DNA from: an uncultured Desulfatitalea sp.
Lineage (GTDB): Bacteria; Desulfobacterota; Desulfobacteria; Desulfobacterales; Desulfosarcinaceae
Length of the DNA: 64,000 bases
Assembly: GCA_963668675.2 (NCBI GenBank)
Contig: CAXXMB010000002.1
Location: 2,016,001 to 2,080,000, forward strand
Reading direction: 5' to 3'
Below, piece by piece: positions 29,363-40,371 of the stretch. The position numbers were made by a program, and so were the translations under genes. The first letter of the stretch is position 1, and every line of letters begins with the position of its first letter. Under the pieces are notes generated by a model. It saw nothing but the letters and a program-made list of their open reading frames with translations. It did not search any database and had not been told where the DNA came from.

Positions 29363-30970
29363 ATGAATCTATTCCGCCAAATTTCCGGATCGGTCATTCT
29401 GGTCATTCTTTTTTGCTGCCTCTGGTCGGAGAGATCCTACGCAGACCCGCAGCAGGCACCTTTGCATAGCACGACGCCAGTTGTGGCTTCTGCCCCGGCC
29501 GATGTCACCATGCAGGGTCACCCCCCGGCCACAAGGGCATCCGATAGCAGTCAAGCCACAGAGGAGCAGGCTCACCACTCCGGTGGGCACGATCATGAAG
29601 ATCTGGGCACAAGGCTACCCCTGTGGAGCTGTGTGCCGTTTGCCTGCATGCTGCTCTCCATTGCGTTCTGGCCCTTGGCCGCACCGGACTTCTGGCACCA
29701 CCACTTCGGCAAAATCGCCGGAGGATGGGCCTTGAGCCTGGCCCTGCCGTTCATCGCCATTTACAGGGGCACGGCCATCTACGAGATCCTGCACATCATG
29801 CTTGCCGACTATGTACCCTTTATCATTCTCATATGGTCGCTCTACACGATCTCGGGCGGCATTCTGCTGCGCGGCACCCTGCGCGGCACCCCCCTGGTCA
29901 ATGTGGCCATGATGGCCATCGGCGTGTTGCTGGCATCATGGATGGGAACCACCGGGGCGGCCATGCTGTTGATTCGTCCCTTTCTGCGTGCCAACAAGGA
30001 GCGCAAGAACCGAACCTTTATGGTGGTCTTTTTCATTTTCCTGATCGCCAATATCGGCGGTTCGCTTACACCACTGGGCGACCCGCCGCTGTTTCTCGGT
30101 TTTCTTCACGGCGTGAGCTTCTTCTGGACATTTCAGCTCCTGCCCCACATGCTGACCATGACCGCCCTTCTGCTGATCATTTACTTGGCCATGGACACCT
30201 ATTTCTATTTTAAAGAGAAGCGCCAAAGAGGCGTAGACGAACCGTCATACAAGAGCATCCATGGAAACCAGACCGAGCGCGTGCCATTGTCCCTGGATGG
30301 CAAACTCAACTTTCTCTTTCTGCTCGGCGTCATCGCTGCCGTGCTCTTGAGCGGCATCGCCGACTGGGGCACCATCAACACCTTCGGCGTCCACCGCACC
30401 GCCCAGAGCTGGCTGCGCGATCTGCTCCTGATCATCTTTGGCATTCTGTCGCTGGTCACCACGTCAGCCAAAATCAGACTGGACAACGAATTCACATGGT
30501 TCCCGATCAAGGAGGTGGCCTACCTGTTCATCGGCATCTTCATCACCATGATTCCGTGTCTGCTGATCCTGAAAGCCGGATCCCAGGGGGCCCTTGCCTT
30601 TATTATCAACCGGGTTACCTCACCAGCCCACTACTACTGGGTAAGCGGAACCCTGTCGGCTTTTCTGGACAACGCACCGACCTATCTCACGTTTTTCAAT
30701 ACCGCCCTGGGAAGCTTTTTCGCCGGGATGAACGAAGCACAGGCCGTCCCCCTGCTCATGACGGAAAAAGCGATCTATCTGAAGGCAATCTCTGCCGGTG
30801 CCGTCTTTTTCGGGGCCTGCAGCTATATCGGCAATGCACCCAACTTCATGGTCCGTGCCATCTCCGAAGAGGCCGGCACACCCATGCCCAGCTTTTTCGG
30901 TTACATCTTGGGCTATACCTTGGTATTCTTGGTTCCCTGTTTTATTTTTATTACTTGGGTCTTTTTTTAA
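29363..30970 (+). CDS. Ion transporter (IT superfamily), probable Na+/H+ antiporter
   Basis: Signal peptide, His-rich linker, many TM helices, ANIGGSLTPLGDPPLFLG, SAFLDNAPTYL, YIGNAPNFMV. Confidence 0.85.
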   Translation: MNLFRQISGSVILVILFCCLWSERSYADPQQAPLHSTTPVVASAPADVTMQGHPPATRASDSSQATEEQAHHSGGHDHEDLGTRLPLWSCVPFACMLLSIAFWPLAAPDFWHHHFGKIAGGWALSLALPFIAIYRGTAIYEILHIMLADYVPFIILIWSLYTISGGILLRGTLRGTPLVNVAMMAIGVLLASWMGTTGAAMLLIRPFLRANKERKNRTFMVVFFIFLIANIGGSLTPLGDPPLFLGFLHGVSFFWTFQLLPHMLTMTALLLIIYLAMDTYFYFKEKRQRGVDEPSYKSIHGNQTERVPLSLDGKLNFLFLLGVIAAVLLSGIADWGTINTFGVHRTAQSWLRDLLLIIFGILSLVTTSAKIRLDNEFTWFPIKEVAYLFIGIFITMIPCLLILKAGSQGALAFIINRVTSPAHYYWVSGTLSAFLDNAPTYLTFFNTALGSFFAGMNEAQAVPLLMTEKAIYLKAISAGAVFFGACSYIGNAPNFMVRAISEEAGTPMPSFFGYILGYTLVFLVPCFIFITWVFF

Positions 30971-30990
30971 CCGACAACGCAAAGGTATGC

Positions 30991-33573
30991 ATGAAGAGGC
31001 TTGAGCCACTCACTACTTGCAATCCAAAAGAGACGACCATCAGACATCTGCGCGGCGCCAGCGTAGGAATTGTCGGAGGGGGGCAGTTTTGCCATAAGCT
31101 GCTGCGCTTTTTCAATGAGCTGGACCTCTCACCGATAAAACCGCGCATCGTCGGTGTCATTGACATCAATCCCAATGCCGACGGGTACCGCTACGCCCAA
31201 CAATGCGGCCTCACGACCGCCGCCCGATTCGAAGCGCTATACAGGATAGAGGATCTTCAGATCATCCTGGAGATCACCAACGATCCTGAACTGGCCGCCG
31301 CCATCCAACGCACCAAGCCGCCACAGGTTGAACTGATCGACCATTTTCATGCCCGCTATCTTTGGGATGCGATCCAGGTCGAGAATCTTCAACTTCAGAT
31401 CCTCGACCAGTTCAACGCCAAGCGAGGCGATGCCGAAGCGCTGGAGGCGCTGTTCCAGAAAAGCTTCGACTGTTTCATCGAAATCATAAGCCGCCGTAAC
31501 AAGCGCTCCCGCCAGAAAGAGCTGGCCCTTCTCGAGATCCAACGGACCCAATCCCAGATCATCCAGGGCAGCACCATCCCCACCTTTGTGATCAACAGCG
31601 ACCATATCGTAACCCACTGGAACCGGGCCCTGGAAAAGATGTCGGGGGCACCTGCCGAGCAGGTTGTGGGCACCAACCGGCAGTGGGCACCGTTCTGGCA
31701 GCGGGAGCGGCCGACGATGGCCGACGTCATTCTCGACCAGATCGACGAGGATGAAATCCAAAAGCTCTACGGAAGCCAGTGGCGCAAATCGGGCCTGATC
31801 GATGGCGCTTACGAGGCGGAAGTGTTTTTCCCGCAAGTGGGTGAAAACGGCAAGTGGCTCTGGTTTACCGCCGCCCCCCTCAAAGCGCCGGATGGCACCA
31901 TCGTCGGGGCCATCGAAACGTTGTGGGACAAGAGTGAAGACAAGATAGCCGATCAGGAACGCGAGAGACGGGCATCGGAGCTTGGAGCGCTTTGCTCCAT
32001 CTATACGGCGTTGAGCGCACCCTGGGAGGTGGATCATCGCATCCAAGCCGCACTGAAGGAGATCCAGCACTTCTTCATGGTCGAGGACATCTCCATCTTT
32101 CTTCACGACAGCAAAGAGAAGTTCTATCTGAAGTACCACTATGGCCCGCCCCGACTCGAACAGAAGCCGCTTCCGTCCGATAACCCCCTTATCAACGAAG
32201 TGGCCCGTACCGGCGAATCGAGGCTCATCGAGAAGGTGGATCCGGAACAAGCGCCCTTCTTGGCCGAGCTTGCCGGCAAGGGGTTTCTGTCGCTAGCCTA
32301 TATCCCCATCAGCGCCAAGGAGAAAAAATCATTGGGCGTGCTGCAGATCGCCAGTCGGAGTCCCAAACAGTACGACGAGGATGAGCGTCATGTCCTGGAG
32401 CTGATCGGCAACCGTATCGGCGCGGCGCTCGAAAACGCCATGCTCCAGGAGCAGTACATCAAGTCCGAAAAGAAATATCGATCACTCTTCGATAACGACC
32501 CGAACCCGATTTTTATCATCGACCACCACTCGCTTGACATCCTGGACATCAACGAACGGGCCAAGGAGTGCTACGGATATGATCGCAGTGAACTCAACGG
32601 CATGCCGTTCATGCAGCTGGGCGACCCGGCGGATGTCGAAGTGCAAAAGGGGATGACGCAGTTGGCGGTCGGCCAGTCGATCCTCTTTTCCAAGCGTCGT
32701 CATTTCCGCAAAGACGGACATCCCTTTTATGTCAACATCAATGCCAGCCATGCCCACTACGGCGAAGGCCATGTTCTCATCGCCACGACCACCGACATCA
32801 CAGAGACGGTCGAGAAAGAGACACAACTCGTACAGGCCAGCAAGATGACCACCCTGGGGTTGATGGCCGCCGGCATGGCCCATGAAATCAACCAACCGCT
32901 CAATGTCATCCAGATTTGTGCCGACTATTTTTTAAAAATGGTCAACCGTGAACAGCCGATCCCGCCTGAAGACCTGCGCAACATGGCCAATGACATTACT
33001 GCCAATGTCACCCGCGCCACTGGTATCATTCGGCACGTGCGCGATTTCGCGCGCCAGTCCGAAGTGGAGAAGAACAGAATAAGGATCAACGATCCGATTC
33101 GGGATGTCTTCAAAGTCATGGGGCACCAGATCAAGGTTCACCAGATTGAGCTTGACCTGGATTTGGACGACGATATACCTTTTGTCATGGCCGACCATAA
33201 CCGCCTGGAGCAGGTCTTCATCAATCTCGTCACCAATGCCATCGACGCCATGGATGAAAAGGCGGAGCAGACCGAACACAAGGATATGACCAAACGCCTC
33301 TTCATTGGTACCCGAACTGAAAAGGGCAAAGTGGTCGTAACGGTTCGGGACAACGGGGTCGGCATGAGCGAAGAGGTCAAAAACAAGTTGTTCGAACCCT
33401 TTTTCACCACCAAAAAAGTGGGCAAGGGAACCGGACTGGGCGTCAGCATCAGCTACGGAATCATCAAAGACTACGAAGGCACCATTGAGATTCAGAGCAA
33501 GAAGGGAGAGGGGACGGCGTTTGTGTTAACGTTCCCGATATACATCGATGCCAGCAAGCCAACACATTCATAA
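30991..33573 (+). CDS. Cytoplasmic sensor histidine kinase (Rossmann-like, PAS, GAF, PAS, HisKA, HATPase)
   Basis: VGIVGGG at N-terminus, PAS (HWNRALE), GAF, PAS, H-box AHEINQPL, FFTTK..GKGTGLG; ATG 30991 follows the transporter stop. Confidence 0.9.
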   Translation: MKRLEPLTTCNPKETTIRHLRGASVGIVGGGQFCHKLLRFFNELDLSPIKPRIVGVIDINPNADGYRYAQQCGLTTAARFEALYRIEDLQIILEITNDPELAAAIQRTKPPQVELIDHFHARYLWDAIQVENLQLQILDQFNAKRGDAEALEALFQKSFDCFIEIISRRNKRSRQKELALLEIQRTQSQIIQGSTIPTFVINSDHIVTHWNRALEKMSGAPAEQVVGTNRQWAPFWQRERPTMADVILDQIDEDEIQKLYGSQWRKSGLIDGAYEAEVFFPQVGENGKWLWFTAAPLKAPDGTIVGAIETLWDKSEDKIADQERERRASELGALCSIYTALSAPWEVDHRIQAALKEIQHFFMVEDISIFLHDSKEKFYLKYHYGPPRLEQKPLPSDNPLINEVARTGESRLIEKVDPEQAPFLAELAGKGFLSLAYIPISAKEKKSLGVLQIASRSPKQYDEDERHVLELIGNRIGAALENAMLQEQYIKSEKKYRSLFDNDPNPIFIIDHHSLDILDINERAKECYGYDRSELNGMPFMQLGDPADVEVQKGMTQLAVGQSILFSKRRHFRKDGHPFYVNINASHAHYGEGHVLIATTTDITETVEKETQLVQASKMTTLGLMAAGMAHEINQPLNVIQICADYFLKMVNREQPIPPEDLRNMANDITANVTRATGIIRHVRDFARQSEVEKNRIRINDPIRDVFKVMGHQIKVHQIELDLDLDDDIPFVMADHNRLEQVFINLVTNAIDAMDEKAEQTEHKDMTKRLFIGTRTEKGKVVVTVRDNGVGMSEEVKNKLFEPFFTTKKVGKGTGLGVSISYGIIKDYEGTIEIQSKKGEGTAFVLTFPIYIDASKPTHS

Positions 33574-35101
33574 AATTCTTCTCATCGATGATGAAGAAGA
33601 CATCGTGCGTGTGCTCTCCATGAGTCTTCGCAGCGACGGCTATGAAGTGATCACCGCGCTGAATGGAGAAGAGGGCCTGCATCTCTTTAAGGAGCAGGCC
33701 CCCGACCTTGTTCTGACGGACATCAAAATGCCCGGCATGGATGGCATCGAAGTGCTTCGCAACGTCAAAGGCATGGAAACGAATTCGGAGGTGATCATCG
33801 TCACTGGCCATGGCGATATCGACAATGCTATTGAAGCACTCAAATTCGGCGCCTCGGATTTCATCAACAAACCGGTGCGCGATGAAGTGCTTACGGTGGC
33901 CATCCAGCGCGCCGATGAAAAAATGGCCATTCGAAAGCAATTGAAGGCGTATACCGACAAACTGGAAGAGAAAGTGGCCCAAGCCACGCTGGAGCTGCGC
34001 CGCAAGTCCAACTTTCTCTCCCGCTTGATTGAAAGTTCCAACGACGCCATCATCGCCACAGACGAAAATCTCGCCATTGTCATCTTCAACCCGGGTGCCC
34101 GACGCATTTTCGGATACACCTTTGAAGAGGTCGGATTAAAACCGATCACAGAGCTGCTGCCGGACGAACTGATCCGCACATTGACGATGCAATCCAAGGC
34201 CGGCGCCGGGGCGAAGCCAACTGAATGGATGGAGACGACAGTCAAAGCGAAAGACGAATCGACGATTCCGGTGCGATTGTACGCCGCCCCATTGAAAGAG
34301 GGCCAAAAGGTGATGGGAACGGTCTCTTTTTACCAGGATCTTCGGGAGATCAAACGCCTGGAGAGTGAACTGCTGCATGCGGAGCGGCTTGCCGCTATCG
34401 GGCAGACGGTGGCCGGCGTTGCCCACGGTGTCAAGAATCTGCTGCACGGATTCAAAGGGGGCTCCTATCTGGTCAATCTGGGCATCGAGAAGAACAACCG
34501 TGAAAAACTCAACCAGGGGTGGGAGATCGTACAGCGCAATATCGGCCGCACCTCGGACCTGGTCATGGACCTGCTCTCCTTCTCAAAGGAGCGCGAACCG
34601 GAGTATGCGCCTTGCGATCCCAACGCCATTGTCATGGAAGTGTGCCAGATGGTTCAAGCGACCGCAGAAAGCTACAACATTCGCATTGCAACCGATCTGG
34701 CGCCGAACATCGACACGCTCTGCCTCGACGCGCACATCCTCCACCAGTGTCTTTCCAATCTGGTCTCCAACGCCATCGATGCCTGCCTCTTCGAGGTGGA
34801 GACAGAGAAGCAATGGCAGGTGACGGTTCGGACACGGCTTGCTAACGAGAGCCATATCTGCTTTGAGATCATCGACAACGGCATTGGGATGAATCGGGAC
34901 GTGCAAGCGAAACTGTTCTCTCGCTTTTTCAGCACCAAAGGCCATCGCGGAACGGGCTTGGGACTGCTGGTGACCCGCAAGTTGGTTCAGGAGCATGGTG
35001 GCACCATCGACGTTGAATCGAAACCCGGCCATGGGACCACTTTCACTATCTGTCTGCCGTTCATGGCCCAAGGGGCAGCGGCAGTCAGTGCCGGTGGTTG
35101 A
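33548..35101 (+). CDS. Hybrid response regulator / histidine kinase (REC-PAS-HisKA-HATPase)
   Basis: ILLIDDE, TDIKMPGMDG, KP, PAS, AHGVKNLL, FFSTKG..GTGLGL. Confidence 0.9.
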   Translation: MPASQHIHKILLIDDEEDIVRVLSMSLRSDGYEVITALNGEEGLHLFKEQAPDLVLTDIKMPGMDGIEVLRNVKGMETNSEVIIVTGHGDIDNAIEALKFGASDFINKPVRDEVLTVAIQRADEKMAIRKQLKAYTDKLEEKVAQATLELRRKSNFLSRLIESSNDAIIATDENLAIVIFNPGARRIFGYTFEEVGLKPITELLPDELIRTLTMQSKAGAGAKPTEWMETTVKAKDESTIPVRLYAAPLKEGQKVMGTVSFYQDLREIKRLESELLHAERLAAIGQTVAGVAHGVKNLLHGFKGGSYLVNLGIEKNNREKLNQGWEIVQRNIGRTSDLVMDLLSFSKEREPEYAPCDPNAIVMEVCQMVQATAESYNIRIATDLAPNIDTLCLDAHILHQCLSNLVSNAIDACLFEVETEKQWQVTVRTRLANESHICFEIIDNGIGMNRDVQAKLFSRFFSTKGHRGTGLGLLVTRKLVQEHGGTIDVESKPGHGTTFTICLPFMAQGAAAVSAGG

Positions 35102-35217
35102 CCTGTTTTACAGGCCTTGATCACCTATCCGTCTCTCGGGAAAAGAGAACGGCAGAAAAGAGAAATCGACCCGATCAATAGACGAAACCTTCATTCGGAT
35201 CCAAGGAGGAAAGGCAC

Positions 35218-35610
35218 ATGGGTAAAAAAGTGCTCGTTGTGGACGACGATCCAGACGTCAGACTCTTCAGCATCACGGTTTTGGAAGAGCATGGGTATAC
35301 CCCTCTGGAGGCGGCCGACGGGGAGCAAGGTCTTTTTATCGTGAAAAAGGAGCAGCCCGATCTGGTCATCCTGGATGTTCTGATGCCAAAAGAGAGCGGT
35401 GTGCGTCTGTTTCGCCAAATTAAAACCGACCCCAAGCTCAAACAAACGCCGGTGATCATTTTGTCCGGCATCACCCAAAAATCGTTTCTGCGCTCCCAGA
35501 AGGCCTTAACTGAATTTGGTGGGGCGGAGGTGCCTGCCCCGGAGGCCTATCTGGAAAAACCCGTTGAACCCGACGAGTTGGCCGCTGCCATAGGGGAGAT
35601 ATTGCAATAG
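35218..35610 (+). CDS. Single-domain response regulator
   Basis: VLVVDDD, LDVLMP, LSG, EKP. Confidence 0.92.
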   Translation: MGKKVLVVDDDPDVRLFSITVLEEHGYTPLEAADGEQGLFIVKKEQPDLVILDVLMPKESGVRLFRQIKTDPKLKQTPVIILSGITQKSFLRSQKALTEFGGAEVPAPEAYLEKPVEPDELAAAIGEILQ

Positions 35611-35640
35611 GCGGGCGCAAGACAGGAGAACGGTCAGCGC

Positions 35641-36522
35641 ATGGATATCCGAAAACTTCTATTTGTCACAAAGTTTGACGACCTTAGCTTCGATGCACTG
35701 CAAAGCCTGCTGGCGTTGCGAAAGGCGTCCTTGAACCATGTCGTCTTCGTCAATGTGATCGAAAGAGAAAAAGTGGCCATGCATCGCGGCTTGGGGTACC
35801 AAAAAATAGAAGAGATACGCTTGCGCGAGACCGCCAATATCCGATTCATCGACTGGGCCGAAACCCTTTTCGAGCAAGGCATGGAGGTGGGCGTCTATAT
35901 CGTGGTCGGCAACATGGTGCGACAGGTTTTCGAGGCCGCCCGAAAGGAGGACGCCGATCTCATTGTCATCGGGCGTTCACGCAAGCGATTCATCGACCAG
36001 GTCTACTCCGGCTCCAATGTCACCGAACTTTTGCGCCAAGCCTCGATTCCCGTTCTGGTCTACAAACCCATGCCCGACAAAATCGAGGTGCTCGACCGTC
36101 CGTTCGATCGGGTTCTGCTGGCCACGGACTGGTCGCCGGCCAGCGTCCGGGCCGAGGACTACCTGAGACCCTTGAACGGAGCGGTGAATCAGGTGCATGT
36201 GATCCATGTGGCCCAAGAGAAGGAGTTGAAAGGCGACAGCGCCATGGCCATTCAGAAAGTGCGCAAAACGGCTCGCAGCAGGCTTGAGGAGATATGCGAC
36301 CGCTTTGCGGGCGTCGGCATCGATGCGCGCGCCCACGTCTATGTCGGCGACCCGGTCAGAGAGATTGAAAGGGCTGCCAAGGACTGCCAGGCCACGTTGA
36401 TCGTTCTGGGCTCCTCCGGCAAGCCGGAGTGGGTGGAGCGTTGGCTGGGCAGTGTGCCGCAAACCATTGCCGAAAAATCCGATTACCCGACACTGATCGT
36501 TCCGCCGCCCAAGCCAAACTGA
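35641..36522 (+). CDS. Tandem-domain universal stress protein
   Basis: Two USP domains: DLIVIG...GSNVTELL...PVLV and LLATDWS...LIVLGS...GSV...PTLIV. Confidence 0.92.
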   Translation: MDIRKLLFVTKFDDLSFDALQSLLALRKASLNHVVFVNVIEREKVAMHRGLGYQKIEEIRLRETANIRFIDWAETLFEQGMEVGVYIVVGNMVRQVFEAARKEDADLIVIGRSRKRFIDQVYSGSNVTELLRQASIPVLVYKPMPDKIEVLDRPFDRVLLATDWSPASVRAEDYLRPLNGAVNQVHVIHVAQEKELKGDSAMAIQKVRKTARSRLEEICDRFAGVGIDARAHVYVGDPVREIERAAKDCQATLIVLGSSGKPEWVERWLGSVPQTIAEKSDYPTLIVPPPKPN

Positions 36523-36565
36523 GCGACGATCTCTTTGACGCAATCAGGAGGGACAGGAGGAGAAG

Positions 36566-37186
36566 ATGGCCGTTATCACCATATCACGTCAATTTGGCGC
36601 CGGGGGCAAAACCCTGGGAGAGAATATCGCCCAGCGTTTGGGATACGCCTTCGCCGATGAAGACATCATCCAAAAGATCGCTGAGCTGGCCAAGGTCTCC
36701 CCAGGCTGGGTGGAGTCCGTGGAAAAAGAGGCCGGTGGGCGTCTTTCCCGGATGATCAGCCGAATGGTGTCAAAGCCCCTGATCGAAAAAATTCTCAAAG
36801 ACGAGCGCGGCTATATCGACGAACAGATCTATCTCGATTACCTGGTGGTATTGATATCCCAGATGGCTGACGAAGGCGATGTGATTATAATGGGCCGCGG
36901 CAGTCAGTACATTTTGAACGACATGGAGGAAGCGTATCACGTGCTGCTGATCAACAGCTTTGACAACCGTGTGCGCTTTATCGAAGAGCACTACGAGATG
37001 ACCGAGCATCGTGCCGTCCAGCTGGTCAAGGCCCAGGACAAGCGACGGGCCAACCTCTACCACAAGTTGGGTAAACAGGATTACGATCAGCCGGATCTAT
37101 ATCATCTGGTGATCAACACCTCCCGGGTCAGCATAGAGGACGCTTCCCGACTGATCATCCGTATGGTCCAACAGAAGGGAGCTTGA
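36566..37186 (+). CDS. Cytidylate kinase-like family protein
   Basis: MAVITISRQFGAGGKT, IIMGRGS, YHLVINT; close paralogue of 28704-29342. Confidence 0.9.
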   Translation: MAVITISRQFGAGGKTLGENIAQRLGYAFADEDIIQKIAELAKVSPGWVESVEKEAGGRLSRMISRMVSKPLIEKILKDERGYIDEQIYLDYLVVLISQMADEGDVIIMGRGSQYILNDMEEAYHVLLINSFDNRVRFIEEHYEMTEHRAVQLVKAQDKRRANLYHKLGKQDYDQPDLYHLVINTSRVSIEDASRLIIRMVQQKGA

Positions 37187-37508
37187 CCGGCAAAACCCGA
37201 AATGCCAGGCAACGCATATCGCGGGGAGGACTTGCCTGCATCATCCCCCTGTTACCCGCCGATTCTATCGACAAATCAAACGCATCCGATCCGTTTGAAC
37301 CCACCAAACCTCGTTGACAGAGTGTCGCGCTATGGGGTAGGCTGCTTGCGCCGAATCGAAACAGCGCCACATTTGCCATGTCTCGCATCAACACCGTTTG
37401 CAATTCGGCATAAACAGATATCACACGAGCCAAGCCTGTATGTAAGTGGTTACCCCCTTGGCAAGGCTTTTGCGGAACGATCTCATTACCTTCAAGGAGC
37501 GGACAGTC

Positions 37509-38678
37509 ATGAGCAAAGAACGCTATCTTTTCACATCGGAATCGGTCACCGAAGGGCACCCGGACAAGGTCGCCGATGCCATCTCCGATGCAGTACTCGA
37601 TGCCATCATGGCCCAGGACACGGCCTGTCGGGTAGCGTGCGAAACACTGGTCACCACCGGAATGGCTTTTGTCGCAGGTGAAATCACCACGTCATGCTAT
37701 GTGGACATACCGGAAATCGTTCGTAACACGATCCGGGAGATCGGCTACAGCTCATCCCAGATGGGGTTTGACTGGCGAACCTGCTCAGTGCTCACCAGCC
37801 TTGGCCACCAATCCCCGGACATCGCCCAGGGGGTCAACATGGGCGAGGGGCTCCACGAAGAGCAGGGTGCCGGCGATCAGGGGCTGATGTTCGGCTACGC
37901 CACCGATGAGACGCCCGAACTGATGCCCATGCCCATCATGTATGCCCATAAGCTTACCCAGCGGCTGGCGACCGTACGCAAAAACAGCGCTCTGGACTTC
38001 CTCAGGCCGGACGGCAAATCCCAGGTCACCATCGAATATGAGAACGGCACCCCTTTGAGGGTGGATACGGTGGTGGTCTCTTCCCAACATAAACCGGACG
38101 TTACCTATGACGAGCTCAAAGATGCGATCATCGAAGAGGTGATTAAAAAGGTGATACCCCGCGAAATGATTGATGGCGACACCCGCTATTTCATCAATCC
38201 CACCGGCCGTTTTGTGATTGGAGGCCCCATGGGGGATTGTGGGCTGACCGGGCGCAAAATCATCGTCGACACCTACGGCGGACAAGGGAGCCACGGTGGT
38301 GGCTGTTTTTCCGGCAAAGACCCCTCCAAAGTGGATCGCAGCGCCAGCTACATGGGGCGTTACGTGGCCAAAAACCTGGTGGCTGCCGGATTGGCCAAGA
38401 AGTGTGAAGTACAGGTTGCCTATGCCATCGGCGTGGCTCAACCAGTATCGGTCATGATCCACTTCATGGGCACCGGCAACATTTCCGAAAGCCGCGCGCG
38501 AGAAATCGTGGCCGAAGTGTTCGACTTGAGACCGGCGGCCATCATCAGACAGCTGGACCTGTTGCGCCCGATCTACGGAAAAACATCCGCCTACGGCCAT
38601 TTCGGTCGCAATGAACCCGAATTTTCCTGGGAGCGGACCGACAAGATCGAGGAGTTGAGAAAAAAAGCCGGCCTTTAG
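37509..38678 (+). CDS. metK: S-adenosylmethionine synthetase
   Basis: [62 protein letters not shown] before ATG 37509. Confidence 0.98.
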   Translation: MSKERYLFTSESVTEGHPDKVADAISDAVLDAIMAQDTACRVACETLVTTGMAFVAGEITTSCYVDIPEIVRNTIREIGYSSSQMGFDWRTCSVLTSLGHQSPDIAQGVNMGEGLHEEQGAGDQGLMFGYATDETPELMPMPIMYAHKLTQRLATVRKNSALDFLRPDGKSQVTIEYENGTPLRVDTVVVSSQHKPDVTYDELKDAIIEEVIKKVIPREMIDGDTRYFINPTGRFVIGGPMGDCGLTGRKIIVDTYGGQGSHGGGCFSGKDPSKVDRSASYMGRYVAKNLVAAGLAKKCEVQVAYAIGVAQPVSVMIHFMGTGNISESRAREIVAEVFDLRPAAIIRQLDLLRPIYGKTSAYGHFGRNEPEFSWERTDKIEELRKKAGL

Positions 38679-38784
38679 ACCATGACATTGCTCTTTTTCG
38701 CCTTAACATGCGATTCATCATTGACGATATTAACTGAAGCGGTGACGTGACACGCCGCCACTTTGGAATCAAGGAGAATTTTAA

Positions 38785-40239
38785 ATGCCATTAGCGCCGA
38801 ATATGGAGAGCCCGAAAGGGTTTCGGGAGGTCGATCCGGCCTTGCCCTATAAAGTGGCCGATCTTCAACTGGCCCCCCTGGGGTACCAGGAGATGGCCCT
38901 TTCGGAAAGAGAGATGCCCGGCTTGATGACCGTGCGCGAAAAGTACGGCAAAACAATGCCCCTCAAAGGACTTAAGGTGATGGGCAGCCTGCACATGACC
39001 ATCCAAACCGCCATGTTGATCGATACCCTCAAGGTCCTTGGAGCGGATATCCGATGGGCCTCATGCAACATCTTCAGCACCCAGGACCATGCCGCCGCCG
39101 CCATCGCCGATAAGGGGTCGGCCGCCGTGTTCGCTTGGAAAGGTGAAACCCTGGAAGAGTACTGGTGGTGCACGGAGCAGGCCCTGATCTGGCCCGATGG
39201 CAGTGGGCCCGACCTGATCGTCGACGACGGCGGGGATGCCACCATCTATATCCATCAGGGCGTGGCCGTCGAGAAAGACCCCTCTCTGCTGGAAAAAACA
39301 TATGACAGCGAAGACATGCGCCTGCTCATGGCCCGGTTGAAGGTGAGCCACAATCGCGATCCCCGGTTTTGGACGCGCATCGCCGCCGGCATCAGAGGGG
39401 TATCAGAGGAGACCACTACCGGTGTGCACCGCCTCTACCAGCTTCAACGGGACGGAGAACTGCTCTTCCCGGCCTTTAACGTAAACGACTCGGTCACCAA
39501 ATCCAAATTCGATAATCTTTACGGCTGCCGTGAATCTCTGGCGGACGGTATCAAACGCGCCACCGATGTGATGATTGCCGGCAAAGTGGTGGTGGTTTGC
39601 GGTTACGGTGACGTCGGCAAGGGGTGTGCGCACTCCATGCGCGGCTACGGGGCCCGTGTTCTGATCACCGAAATCGACCCCATCTGTGCTCTGCAGGCGG
39701 CCATGGAGGGATTTGAAGTGCTCACCCTGGAGGATGCCGTGGCCTTGGGTGACATCTTTATTACGGCCACGGGTTGCTGTGATGTGATTCAAGGCACCCA
39801 TATGGAGCAGATGAAGGATGAGGCGATCATATGCAATATCGGTCACTTCGACAGTGAGATCGAGATGCGCTACCTTGAGACTTCGGACCAGTGCACCCGG
39901 GAGGAGATCAAACCCCAGGTCGACCGCTGGCGCCTGAAGTCCGGACGCTCGATCATCGTTCTGGCTGAAGGCCGCCTGGTCAACCTCGGTTGCGCCACAG
40001 GCCATCCCAGCTTTGTTATGAGCAATAGCTTCACCAACCAGTGTCTGGCGCAAATTGCCCTGGCAACGGAAAAGCACGAGAAAAAGGTCTACACCATTTC
40101 CAAGAAACTGGACGAAGAGGTGGCGAGACTGCACCTCGGCCGTTTGGGCGTCAAGTTGACCCAGTTGACCCAAAAACAGGCCGACTACCTTGGCATTTCG
40201 CCCGATGGCCCATTTAAACCGGAACACTACCGATATTGA
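38785..40239 (+). CDS. ahcY: Adenosylhomocysteinase
   Basis: [64 protein letters not shown]. Confidence 0.98.
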   Translation: MPLAPNMESPKGFREVDPALPYKVADLQLAPLGYQEMALSEREMPGLMTVREKYGKTMPLKGLKVMGSLHMTIQTAMLIDTLKVLGADIRWASCNIFSTQDHAAAAIADKGSAAVFAWKGETLEEYWWCTEQALIWPDGSGPDLIVDDGGDATIYIHQGVAVEKDPSLLEKTYDSEDMRLLMARLKVSHNRDPRFWTRIAAGIRGVSEETTTGVHRLYQLQRDGELLFPAFNVNDSVTKSKFDNLYGCRESLADGIKRATDVMIAGKVVVVCGYGDVGKGCAHSMRGYGARVLITEIDPICALQAAMEGFEVLTLEDAVALGDIFITATGCCDVIQGTHMEQMKDEAIICNIGHFDSEIEMRYLETSDQCTREEIKPQVDRWRLKSGRSIIVLAEGRLVNLGCATGHPSFVMSNSFTNQCLAQIALATEKHEKKVYTISKKLDEEVARLHLGRLGVKLTQLTQKQADYLGISPDGPFKPEHYRY

Positions 40240-40267
40240 TCCTTTTATACTGAAAGCGGCACAATGA

Positions 40268-40302
40268 GAAAGGCAGCCCTGAAAGTGGCTGCCTTTTGTT
40301 TT
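40268..40302 (+). terminator. Rho-independent terminator after ahcY
   Basis: AAAGGCAGCC-ctgaaagt-GGCTGCCTTT followed by TGTTTT. Confidence 0.8.
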
Positions 40303-40371
40303 CGTTATCCGAATGGCTCGCGAATCATCCGCAGCCTATTCGATCCCACTCTCAGCCGCTGCTCTTCATTC

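Noticed and set aside
30496..30990. N-terminal 165-aa extension of the 1025-aa kinase ORF
   Set aside because: Overlaps the transporter in another frame and reads as non-protein-like; ATG 30991 just after the transporter stop is the sensible start.
37187..37508. Possible SAM riboswitch upstream of metK
   Set aside because: No recognisable SAM-I core or leader terminator; only a short TCAAACG/CGTTTGA hairpin.
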